Positions 9,865-18,358 of a stretch of DNA of 52,541 bases are shown in pieces; the first letter of the stretch is position 1, and each line of letters opens with the position of its first letter. The DNA lies in IMG/VR virus record IMGVR_UViG_3300049793_000050, positions 1-52,541 of that record; one strand, written 5' to 3'. Source of the stretch: a virus (lineage: Duplodnaviria > Caudoviricetes). Below the pieces are notes generated by a model. The model was not told the origin of the DNA. It saw only the letters and a list, made by a program, of their open reading frames with translations, and ran no database searches. Made by a program: the position numbers and the translations under genes.

Positions 9865-10217
9865 CCGTCGAAGCCACAATATTTAGCGCGCTGACCGGGC
9901 TCGTATCAGCTCGGTGCTATCCGGATGTCGCGCCGGAACTGACCGTGCGGCCGTATATCACATACCAGCAGTTCGGCGGCGTCTCTGTCAACTTCGTGGA
10001 GCAGACTACCCCATCAAAGGAAAACAGCAAATTTCAGGTGAATTGCTGGGCTGATACGCGCGCGGCGGCCAAGGCGCTCAACAAGCAGGTATCAGCAGCC
10101 TTGCGAGGTACTGCTGCGCTACAGACGACTGTTCTCGGTGAGCCTGTGGCGACGTATGAGCCAGATACAAAGCTGCGCTGCTCTCGGCAAGATTTCTCTT
10201 TTTGGTTCACATCATAA
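9861..10217 (+). CDS. Tail terminator (DUF3168-like)
   Basis: RCYPDVAP, PYITYQ, FQVNCWA. Confidence 0.8.
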   Translation: MTVEATIFSALTGLVSARCYPDVAPELTVRPYITYQQFGGVSVNFVEQTTPSKENSKFQVNCWADTRAAAKALNKQVSAALRGTAALQTTVLGEPVATYEPDTKLRCSRQDFSFWFTS

Positions 10218-10247
10218 GTTTTTAACCGCCTTCGGGCACTCCAAACC

Positions 10248-10271
10248 AGCGGCCTTCGGGTCGCTTTTTTT
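10248..10271 (+). terminator. Intrinsic terminator with UUCG loop
   Basis: AGCGGCC-TTCG-GGTCGC followed by 7 T. Confidence 0.8.
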
Positions 10272-10293
10272 ATGTTCGATTGAAAGGTAAATC

Positions 10294-10944
10294 ATGAGTA
10301 TAAGTCTCCCTAACGGCGCGCTCGTTGCTATCGCCGCCTCCTACGGCACCGTCAAAACGCTTGACGCACTCACCAATGCAAACCCCGGCGTCGCAACGCT
10401 GGAAGCAAGCCACGGCATCATCGTCGGCGACATCATGGAAGTTACTTCCGGCTGGTCGCGCCTGACCGACAAGATTGTGCGCGCCTCAGTGGTTGCCACG
10501 AACGCCATCACATTTGAAGGCATCGACACTTCGCTGACTTCGATCTATCCGGCTGGCACCGGCACAGGAACAATTCGCGAAGTCACCGGCTGGACGCAGC
10601 TCTCGCAAATCCTGAGTTCATCGTCCAATGGTGGCGAGCAGCAGTTCCTCGAATACCAACTGCTGGAGGCCGATGCCAAGAAGCGCATCCCGACGTTCAA
10701 AAATCCGGCCGGCCTGTCATTCAGCATCGCGGACGATCCTTCGCTGGCTGGCTACATCCTGGCAGCTGTCGCCAACGATGACCGCTTGCCGCGCGCCGTG
10801 CGCGTCACACTGCCCAGCGGCTCCAAGATTTATTACAACTGCTACATCTCGCTCAACAAGACGCCATCGCTGTCGGTCAATGAAGTCATGGCCTGCGAAG
10901 TCACGCTGTCGATGTTGGCAGAACCAGTTAGATATGCCAGTTAA
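10294..10944 (+). CDS. Major tail tube protein
   Basis: SLPNGA N-terminus, SGWSRL, GGEQQF; position before chaperones. Confidence 0.85.
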   Translation: MSISLPNGALVAIAASYGTVKTLDALTNANPGVATLEASHGIIVGDIMEVTSGWSRLTDKIVRASVVATNAITFEGIDTSLTSIYPAGTGTGTIREVTGWTQLSQILSSSSNGGEQQFLEYQLLEADAKKRIPTFKNPAGLSFSIADDPSLAGYILAAVANDDRLPRAVRVTLPSGSKIYYNCYISLNKTPSLSVNEVMACEVTLSMLAEPVRYAS

Positions 10945-10961
10945 GAAGTGAAATGAAGGCG

Positions 10962-11005
10962 TAAAATAGACGAGCCGCATCGGTGCTGAAACACCTTTGC
11001 GGCTC
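10962..11005 (+). promoter_or_regulatory. Putative -10 box plus leader hairpin of the HNH gene
   Basis: TAAAAT at 10962; GAGCCGCA..GGTG-CTGAAA-CACC..TGCGGCTC stem. Confidence 0.45.
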
Positions 11006-11035
11006 TAACCAATCAACCTATCTAACAGGTAAATC

Positions 11036-11752
11036 ATGGCTGACGCTATTTTATCCGAAAAGACATGCCGTAAATGTGGCGTGAAATTTTCCGGGGTGCG
11101 ATGCAAGGACTGCCAAAAGCTTCAAATGGCGAAATATTATGAGGCTAACAAATCCACCATTCTTGAGCGCTGCAAAAATTATCGTTTGTCTAAGCCGGAT
11201 GAAGTAAGGGCATGTATATCTGCTTGGTATTTGGCAAACAGAGATAGAGCACTCGCAAATGCAGCGGAATATAGGCTGTCTCATAAAGGGCAAACTAAAG
11301 CGTATGGCATCGCTTGGAATGCAGTCAATCCAGGCAGATCAAAAGCTAGGTCGGCAAAGTGGGCATTGGAAAATAAAGACCGCAGAAGATCCACCAATGC
11401 AGCGTGGTACGCAGCGAATAAATTAAAAATAAATAAGCGCAACTCCGCTTGGAAGCGCATCAACCCAGAAGTTGTGCGCATATACGCGCACAACAGGCGA
11501 ACGCGCATGCGAAACGCAGGGGGAAAGCTGTCTCTAGGCCTTGCTAAGAAGTTGTTTAAGCTACAGCGCGGAAAATGCATGTGTTGTGGAAGAGCGCTTG
11601 GCAAGAATTATCACCTCGACCACATAATGCCAATTGCGATGGGCGGGGCAAATGAGGATTGGAATATTCAGCTCTTACGGCAAAAATGCAACAATCAGAA
11701 AAGCGTAATGCACCCAACAGATTGGATGCAAAGACGAGGGTTTCTAATTTAA
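11036..11752 (+). CDS. Free-standing HNH homing endonuclease
   Basis: CxxC, HLDHIMP, N and CN motifs; AT-richer than flanking genes. Confidence 0.9.
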   Translation: MADAILSEKTCRKCGVKFSGVRCKDCQKLQMAKYYEANKSTILERCKNYRLSKPDEVRACISAWYLANRDRALANAAEYRLSHKGQTKAYGIAWNAVNPGRSKARSAKWALENKDRRRSTNAAWYAANKLKINKRNSAWKRINPEVVRIYAHNRRTRMRNAGGKLSLGLAKKLFKLQRGKCMCCGRALGKNYHLDHIMPIAMGGANEDWNIQLLRQKCNNQKSVMHPTDWMQRRGFLI

Positions 11753-11768
11753 AGAACAGGATACAAAA

Positions 11769-12077
11769 ATGAAGCTTAAGTTAATAGCAAACCCTACTTT
11801 TAAGGCCAAGGTTTCGGTTCCGATGGCCGGTGGCGAATCGGTCGACGTTGAAATGACGTTCAAGCATCGCACCAAAACCGCGCTCGAGGAATTCATTCAA
11901 GCGCGCGAGGGAAAGGGTGACGTCGAGTTGTTCCTGGAGATGGTGACCGCATGGGAGTTAGAGGAAGCGTTTGATGCCGATTCCGTCAAGCTCCTGCTCG
12001 AGAACTACGCCGGCGCGGCCGTTGCAACATTCCGCAAGTACATCGATGAACTGGTGGCAGCAAAGGCAAAAAACTAA
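11769..12077 (+). CDS. Tail assembly chaperone (gpG-like)
   Basis: PTFKAKV, FKHR; ends in slippery sequence. Confidence 0.85.
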   Translation: MKLKLIANPTFKAKVSVPMAGGESVDVEMTFKHRTKTALEEFIQAREGKGDVELFLEMVTAWELEEAFDADSVKLLLENYAGAAVATFRKYIDELVAAKAKN

Positions 12078-12400
12078 AAGCGGCGGCGCGGGCTCTCTAC
12101 ACTGCGTCGCCGACCGAAGCCGAGTGCGCAAGTTTCGGGCTAACGGTAGAGGAAGCGAGCGGGCCGCCGGTCGAAATCTGGCCGGATAACATCGCTTCGG
12201 TAAATGTCTTTATTGCGATGTCAACGCAATGGCGCTGGACTGGCGGCAAGTCATCGCAGCGGGTCGGGCTTGACTATAACGCGCTGCCTACCGTCATGCG
12301 CATGGCCGGCGTGACGGCCGCCGAGCGCGCGGACGTGTTTGATGGCGTGCGCATCATGGAAGACGTAGGGTTGGAAACGATGCGAAACAGCAAAAAGTAA
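12068..12400 (+). CDS. Tail chaperone -1 frameshift extension (gpGT, DUF1799-like)
   Basis: A AAA AAC at 12068-12074; open -1 frame reading EIWPDN..MSTQWR..GLDY. Confidence 0.8.
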   Translation, partial: KKLKAAARALYTASPTEAECASFGLTVEEASGPPVEIWPDNIASVNVFIAMSTQWRWTGGKSSQRVGLDYNALPTVMRMAGVTAAERADVFDGVRIMEDVGLETMRNSKK

Positions 12401-12448
12401 ATGGCAAGTTGGGCGTAATATATCCATCCAATCAATGACGGGGGATAT

Positions 12449-12826
12449 ATGAAAAGTATTGCTCTTTGTCTACTCGCTGTTCTCGCCGGATGCGCCACTC
12501 AGAATCGGGCGCCGCCGCCAGTGGTCAACGTGGCGACGCCAACCTGTATCAGTAAGGTGCATTGCGATGCGATGTGGACACAAGCGCAGCGCGCCATTGA
12601 GACGGCAACCGGCATGCAAGTGCGGCTCGTCACCGATGGGCGGATCGCTACCTACCCGCCGAGAACATACAACCAGATGGGCGGTGAGGTTATGAAATAT
12701 CCGCTCGGTGGCGATGCTTACGAAATGCGGGCGTCGTTTTATTGCTATGGACAGACAGAGTGCGGCGATGTGCGGGCGATCTCCACCAACCTGTTTAACA
12801 GTATGGTGGGTCGCAGGAAATATTAA
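12449..12826 (+). CDS. Lipoprotein moron
   Basis: Lipobox LAGC; paralog of 39429..39809; followed by terminator. Confidence 0.8.
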   Translation: MKSIALCLLAVLAGCATQNRAPPPVVNVATPTCISKVHCDAMWTQAQRAIETATGMQVRLVTDGRIATYPPRTYNQMGGEVMKYPLGGDAYEMRASFYCYGQTECGDVRAISTNLFNSMVGRRKY

Positions 12827-12851
12827 ACGCAGCTTCAGCGGTCAAATACAA

Positions 12852-12873
12852 GGCGCCTTCGGGCGCTTTTTTT
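12852..12873 (+). terminator. Intrinsic terminator
   Basis: GGCGCC-TTCG-GGCGC followed by T-run. Confidence 0.8.
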
Positions 12874-12886
12874 ATGGGCAAATCCA

Positions 12887-15800
12887 ATGAGCAGTTCGGT
12901 TATCGGCCAAGGTGTAATTGAGCTTGTCGCAGACGCGCGCAAACTGAAAGCCGGGATCGAGGATGCTAAAAAATCAATTCGCACGCTCGGCGATGGCCAG
13001 AAGGATATCAACGCCGCGGCCTCGCAATCGATCGACAAGTACATTGGCAAGCTGAACCAGCAAAATGCGTTGTATGGCAAGACGACGCGCGAAACTGAAC
13101 TCTACAAATTGGCGTTGCGCGGCGCGTCGAATGAGCAGATCAAGTCCGCCGATGCAGCCCTCACATTGAGCGCTGCGCATGAGCAGAATGCACGGTCAAT
13201 CGCAACACTCAAAACTGGATTCATCGCTGCGGCTGCGGCTGGCACGCTCGTTGCCGGCGCTCTAATTATGTCGATCAAGAGTGCGATTGACGCCGCCGAT
13301 CACCTAAACGACCTGTCGAAGAAAACCGGGATTGCAGCCGATACGCTGGGCGGGTTGGGCTTTGCTGCCAGCCAGGCAGGCGGCGACCTGGAGAGCGTTT
13401 CGGCGGCGGCCGGCAAGCTGAATAAATCGATTGCGGAAGCGGCTGGCGGCAACAAGGAGTTTGGCGTCGCGTTCAAGGCGCTCGGCATCAATATCAGAGA
13501 CGCGTCTGGCCAATTGAAAACGGCTGATGTTGTTATGTCCGAGATCGCGACTAAGTTCGCGGGATTCGAGGACGGCCCGGAAAAGGCGGCGCTTGCATTG
13601 CGCCTGTTTGGCAAGACCGGGGCCGACATTATTCCGCTGCTCAACGATGGCGGCAAGGCGCTACAAGAGAACGTCGAATATTACAAAAAATATTCAGGCG
13701 TCACGAAAGAGGTTGCGGAGCAATCAGACCAGTTTAACGACACGCTCGGCAAACTACATCTCCTAAGCGGCGCATTTGGGCAGCAACTCGCGGCCCAGGT
13801 ATTGCCAGCTATGCAAGGCATGGCAGACGAGTTGCTTCAGATGAAAGAAAGTGGGACGGGGCTCGCACTTCTAATCCGCGATCTCGCCGGAGAAATTAAC
13901 GGGGTAGCCAGAGAACTGATTACAGGCAGAAAAGAAGCCACATCGTTCTGGGACGCGATCTGGACTTTCGGCACGATCAATCCGTTTGCCGATCTCGGAA
14001 CCAATATCAAATCCTACAGGGAAGATATTGAGAGCATGACTGCCGCGATCGAGCGATATAAGCGGGCAGGCTCCGATACATCGTCACTCGAACAGTCGAT
14101 CAAGACAGTCCAGAAGAAACTGAAGTTCGTCACCGCGCAGCAAGCAGGCGAGGCTGTGGCTGATAGCAGGGGCGATTATTCGAACGAGGGCCGGATTCCA
14201 TCGATCGCGGAAGCGGCAACGCCAAAGAAGAAGCCGCGCGCGCCGGTTCTCCCTGGCTCCGGCACAGGGGCCGCTGCTGCCGCAGAGGCGAAAGCACAAC
14301 TCGCGTTCGACCTAGCGCAGATCAAAAAAGCCAGCGAGGCAAATACCGATGCCTTCTCGAATGCCGAGAAGATCATGGAGGCCCGTCGCGCCGCGGACCT
14401 GATCGATGAACGTCAATACTATGCAGCGAAACTCGGCTTCCTGAACCTCAACAGCGCCGAGCAAGAACGTGAGTTGCAAAAGGAAATCGCACGCCGGCAG
14501 GCTTCCAAATTGGAGGGTAAGGACCGGATCGACAATGAGCGCAAGATTGTCGAACTACAGGGGCAGTTATCGAAAGTGCGCGCCGATGCGGTTGCCAATG
14601 TCGAGGTACTGGCAACTCAAGAGGTTGCGGCAAACAAGAAGATAGCGCAATCCTACGTCGATGCCACAATCGCCGCGCAGGCCTATCTCAACACAATCAA
14701 CAAGCAGAACCAACGCGAAATTGATGGCATCGGCAAGGGTGTCAAGTTTCGCGACAACCAAGCCGGCCGCAATGCGATCGAGGACAAGCAGACCACGCAA
14801 GTTCAGGCGCTTGAAAGCGATAAACGCAACCATCGCATCGATGATAAGCAGTTCGACAACTACATGGCGGTCGTCAATGAGACTTACGCCGCCGAAATCG
14901 ACGCCTACGATAAGCGCACCGCCGCGCTCAACGCGAAGCAATCAGATTGGATCAACGGCGCGACCGAAGCGCTGCAGAATTACTATGATGAATCGAAAAA
15001 CATCGCCAAGCAGTTCGAGGATGCATTTACCAACGCGTTCAAGGGGCTGGAAGATGCGCTCGTAAAATTCACCGAAACCGGAAAGCTCGACGCTAAGAGC
15101 CTGCTCAGCTCCATCGCATCGGATGTCAACCGGAGCGCGATCAAGCAATATGTCACTGGCCCACTAGCCAAGCTGACAAACGATGCCATCGGCGGCGGCA
15201 AGTCATCGCCCGCCATTGACCCGCTGACCGGCCAGACACTCTCAATTAACGCATCGACCACAGCACTTGACTTGCTGGCAGCCGCAGCCCGCAACGCAGC
15301 CGCAGCGATCGGTACGCCCGCCGCATCATCTACAACGCCATCTATTGCCACAACCGGCGACTTCGCACGGTATGACCGGGCGCAGATCGACCCAGCATCG
15401 ATCGCAACCACTGGCGACTTTGCGCGCTACGATCGCGGGCAGACTGGTGAGCAATCTATTTCCGCCCTGTTCAGCGATACGGCAAAGACGAGCAAGGACG
15501 CCCAGGAGGCTGTCGACGGCCTCGGCAAGAGCACCACGTCAGCAGCATCCGACCTTGCCAAGCTCGCGGCAGCAGCAGGCCAAGGTGGCGGCGCACTGTC
15601 GCTTCTGCCGAGTATCGTCAACCTGTTCCAAGCAGCCGTCGCGTCAAGCAGTGCCAGCAGCTCGGGCGGCGGGCTGGGCGGCTTGTTCGGCAGCCTGTTT
15701 AGCAGCGGGGCCTCCTCTTCCGCATCATCCTCCGTCGCCTCCGATGCGATCACCAGTTACTACTTCCACACCGGCGGCATCGTCAATAATTCCGGTTCCT

Positions 15801-16474
15801 CGATCTCGGCATCACCCAGCATGTTCTCTGGCGCGACCCGGTATCACACTGGCGGCATCGCAGGAAAAGCCGCGGACCAACTGAAAGCGAACGAGATCCC
15901 GGCAATCCTGATGGGCGGGCCAAAAGGAACGCGCGAAGAGGTGCTGCACGCATCCGACCCGCGTCATCGCGACAATATCGACCCGAAGATGCTCGCGCAG
16001 ATCACGAGCGGCGACACCAGCAACATGCGCGGCGGCGACCAGTATTCGAGCCTGATGCGCAGCATTGCCAACACGATCAACGAAGGCGATACGCACACGA
16101 CGCTGACCAACCTCATGCAGCGCATCGGTGTCGACCATCCTCGCATCGCGCCGAACTTGGCGCAATCGATTGCGGCAATGGATGCCATGCCAGTCCGCGG
16201 CGCGCGCGAACTCGGCGGGCCGGTATCCGCCGGCGGGCTATACCGAGTCAACGAAAAGGGTCCGGAACTACTGCAAGTCGCCGGCAAACAATATCTCATG
16301 ATGGGCAGCCAGGCCGGTCATGTCGACGTCAACACTGGCAATCAAGGCAAAGGCGGCGATACGGTCCTGCACGTCAACGTCACACCGCCAGCCGGATCAT
16401 CGCCCGCCTCGGCTGCGCAATGGGGCTCGGCAGCCGGCCGCCAGATACAGCATCACCTGCGGAGAAATAGCTGA
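12887..16474 (+). CDS. Tape measure protein
   Basis: 1195 aa, helical and Ala-rich; lambda-type DWINGA..ALQNY block; FHTGG; RELGGPV. Confidence 0.92.
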   Translation: MSSSVIGQGVIELVADARKLKAGIEDAKKSIRTLGDGQKDINAAASQSIDKYIGKLNQQNALYGKTTRETELYKLALRGASNEQIKSADAALTLSAAHEQNARSIATLKTGFIAAAAAGTLVAGALIMSIKSAIDAADHLNDLSKKTGIAADTLGGLGFAASQAGGDLESVSAAAGKLNKSIAEAAGGNKEFGVAFKALGINIRDASGQLKTADVVMSEIATKFAGFEDGPEKAALALRLFGKTGADIIPLLNDGGKALQENVEYYKKYSGVTKEVAEQSDQFNDTLGKLHLLSGAFGQQLAAQVLPAMQGMADELLQMKESGTGLALLIRDLAGEINGVARELITGRKEATSFWDAIWTFGTINPFADLGTNIKSYREDIESMTAAIERYKRAGSDTSSLEQSIKTVQKKLKFVTAQQAGEAVADSRGDYSNEGRIPSIAEAATPKKKPRAPVLPGSGTGAAAAAEAKAQLAFDLAQIKKASEANTDAFSNAEKIMEARRAADLIDERQYYAAKLGFLNLNSAEQERELQKEIARRQASKLEGKDRIDNERKIVELQGQLSKVRADAVANVEVLATQEVAANKKIAQSYVDATIAAQAYLNTINKQNQREIDGIGKGVKFRDNQAGRNAIEDKQTTQVQALESDKRNHRIDDKQFDNYMAVVNETYAAEIDAYDKRTAALNAKQSDWINGATEALQNYYDESKNIAKQFEDAFTNAFKGLEDALVKFTETGKLDAKSLLSSIASDVNRSAIKQYVTGPLAKLTNDAIGGGKSSPAIDPLTGQTLSINASTTALDLLAAAARNAAAAIGTPAASSTTPSIATTGDFARYDRAQIDPASIATTGDFARYDRGQTGEQSISALFSDTAKTSKDAQEAVDGLGKSTTSAASDLAKLAAAAGQGGGALSLLPSIVNLFQAAVASSSASSSGGGLGGLFGSLFSSGASSSASSSVASDAITSYYFHTGGIVNNSGSSISASPSMFSGATRYHTGGIAGKAADQLKANEIPAILMGGPKGTREEVLHASDPRHRDNIDPKMLAQITSGDTSNMRGGDQYSSLMRSIANTINEGDTHTTLTNLMQRIGVDHPRIAPNLAQSIAAMDAMPVRGARELGGPVSAGGLYRVNEKGPELLQVAGKQYLMMGSQAGHVDVNTGNQGKGGDTVLHVNVTPPAGSSPASAAQWGSAAGRQIQHHLRRNS

Positions 16475-17100
16475 TGCCGATTATTGTGCTTTCGGACGTG
16501 ATCCTGTCCAACTCCGTCATTTCGGCGGGCGTGCGCGGCAAGAACATGCGCCTCAATGCGCGCGTGCCGGTCGACAGCGGCGACGAGACGATCAAGATTG
16601 TATGGTCGCGCACGATGCGCCAGTTTGAGCTCGGCACGGTCCCGATGCGAATCTCCCAATGGCAGGCGATCGAAGCCCTGCACGAGATCACCGAGGGCGG
16701 CGCTTTTGGCTTCCTGATGTCGGACCCGAAAGACAATGTTGTGTCGACTGGCGTGGCGTCGGCGGTCAGCAGCACTGTATTTCAATTGCAAAAGCGCTAT
16801 ATCGATGTTGGTTCTAGCCGTTACAAGGATCGCATCATCACGCGGCCGCGCGCTGCGGGCTTCGTTATCACCAATTCCGGCACGCCGATCTCTGGCGCGT
16901 CCTACACGCTGGACGTCACCACCGGCCGCATCACGATTCCGAGCGCGCCGACTGCGGCCAATCTTGCATGGAGCGGCCCGTTCTATGTGCCGGTTCATTT
17001 CATGGAAGACACGATCGATTGGGATTTGATCGCCGGCGGATCATCCGATCAGCGCTTACTGGCCGGCCCGTCTGTAGTAGTTCAGGAAATCCGCGAATGA
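16474..17100 (+). CDS. Distal tail protein (DUF2460-like)
   Basis: SGDE, GFLMSDPKD, FYVPVHF motifs after TMP. Confidence 0.8.
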   Translation: MPIIVLSDVILSNSVISAGVRGKNMRLNARVPVDSGDETIKIVWSRTMRQFELGTVPMRISQWQAIEALHEITEGGAFGFLMSDPKDNVVSTGVASAVSSTVFQLQKRYIDVGSSRYKDRIITRPRAAGFVITNSGTPISGASYTLDVTTGRITIPSAPTAANLAWSGPFYVPVHFMEDTIDWDLIAGGSSDQRLLAGPSVVVQEIRE

Positions 17101-17954
17101 CCAACGCGATATCAGCCGAACTCGACGCGTTCTATGCGGCCGGCGGCCCCACGATCGCGCGCATCGTCAAAATGACGCGCCGTGATGGGCTCGTGCTGGC
17201 CGTCACGCTCGACCACGATCAAGACATCACGTTCGAAGCAGTCACGTACAAGCCAGTGTTCGGCATGTCGCCGAGTACGGTAGAAACGAGCTCATCGCTC
17301 AATGTTGATAACCTCGACGCGAAGGGTGCATTGCTGGCGCTCGGCATCAATGCAGCCGATATCGACGCTGGCCTGTGGGACTTGTGCGACGTGCGTGTGA
17401 TGCGCGTCAACTGGGCTGATTTGACGATGGGCGCAGAGAAGATAAAGCGCGGTAATTTTGGCGAGATATCCATCGGGCGCGGCACTTTTTCCAATGAAAT
17501 CAGGGGAATCACGCAAAAGCTGGCGCAGACGCTCGGCGATGTCGTTTCGCCGTCCTGCAATGCCGACCTTGGCGATACTCGCTGCGGCATTGAAATGGTC
17601 GAAGGATCGCGCAAGTTCTCCGGCGTGGCTGTCAGCACCATCGTCGCCGCGCAGCGCGCATTCACTGCCTCGGGGCTGACACAAACCGCCGGATTTTTCG
17701 ACGGCGGAAAAGTCACCTGGACGACAGGATTAAACACGGGATTGTCGAAGGAAATCAAGACGCACACGGCCGGTGGACACATCGAATTGCAAGAGCCGAT
17801 GCCGTATTCAGTGGCTATCACGGATCAAGGCACGTTCTTCACCGGCTGCCTGAAACGCTTCACCGAAGATTGTCTCGGCAAGTTCAACAATGCACCGCGC
17901 TTCCGGGGGTTTCCTTCGATCCCCGGTCAAGATCAAATGTTCAAGGGCGTATGA
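17097..17954 (+). CDS. Tail hub protein (DUF2163/BR0599-like)
   Basis: CNADLGDTRC and GC..C..KFNN..FRGFP cysteine motifs. Confidence 0.85.
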   Translation: MTNAISAELDAFYAAGGPTIARIVKMTRRDGLVLAVTLDHDQDITFEAVTYKPVFGMSPSTVETSSSLNVDNLDAKGALLALGINAADIDAGLWDLCDVRVMRVNWADLTMGAEKIKRGNFGEISIGRGTFSNEIRGITQKLAQTLGDVVSPSCNADLGDTRCGIEMVEGSRKFSGVAVSTIVAAQRAFTASGLTQTAGFFDGGKVTWTTGLNTGLSKEIKTHTAGGHIELQEPMPYSVAITDQGTFFTGCLKRFTEDCLGKFNNAPRFRGFPSIPGQDQMFKGV

Positions 17955-18358
17955 CGACACGAGCCGAAATCACCGCCGCCGCGCTGTCAATGGTCGGCAC
18001 GCCATTCCATGCGCAAGGCCGGATGCCTGGCGTCGGGCTCGACTGCCTCGGCGTCATCGTGTGCGTGGCGAAGGCTTGCAATATCCCGCACCAAGACCGC
18101 ATCGCCTACCCGATGCGCCCGAACGGCGAACTGATGCCAGAACTGGACCGGCAATTCATGCGCATACACGGCGAGCCACAAGAGGGCGATGTCTTGCTGA
18201 TGGCGTTCGACGGCGAGCCGCACCACGTCGCCATCGTGGTCAGCGAAGGCCGGATCGTGCATGCCTACAGCACCGTGCGCAAGTGCGTCGTGCAGGCTTA
18301 TACCGATCACTGGCGCGCGAAAGTCAAAGCCGTCTATCGCTTTCCGGGAGTTGCATAA
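17951..18358 (+). CDS. NlpC/P60 tail-associated peptidase
   Basis: GTPFHAQGR, GLDCLG, HVAI, HAY. Confidence 0.9.
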   Translation: MTTRAEITAAALSMVGTPFHAQGRMPGVGLDCLGVIVCVAKACNIPHQDRIAYPMRPNGELMPELDRQFMRIHGEPQEGDVLLMAFDGEPHHVAIVVSEGRIVHAYSTVRKCVVQAYTDHWRAKVKAVYRFPGVA

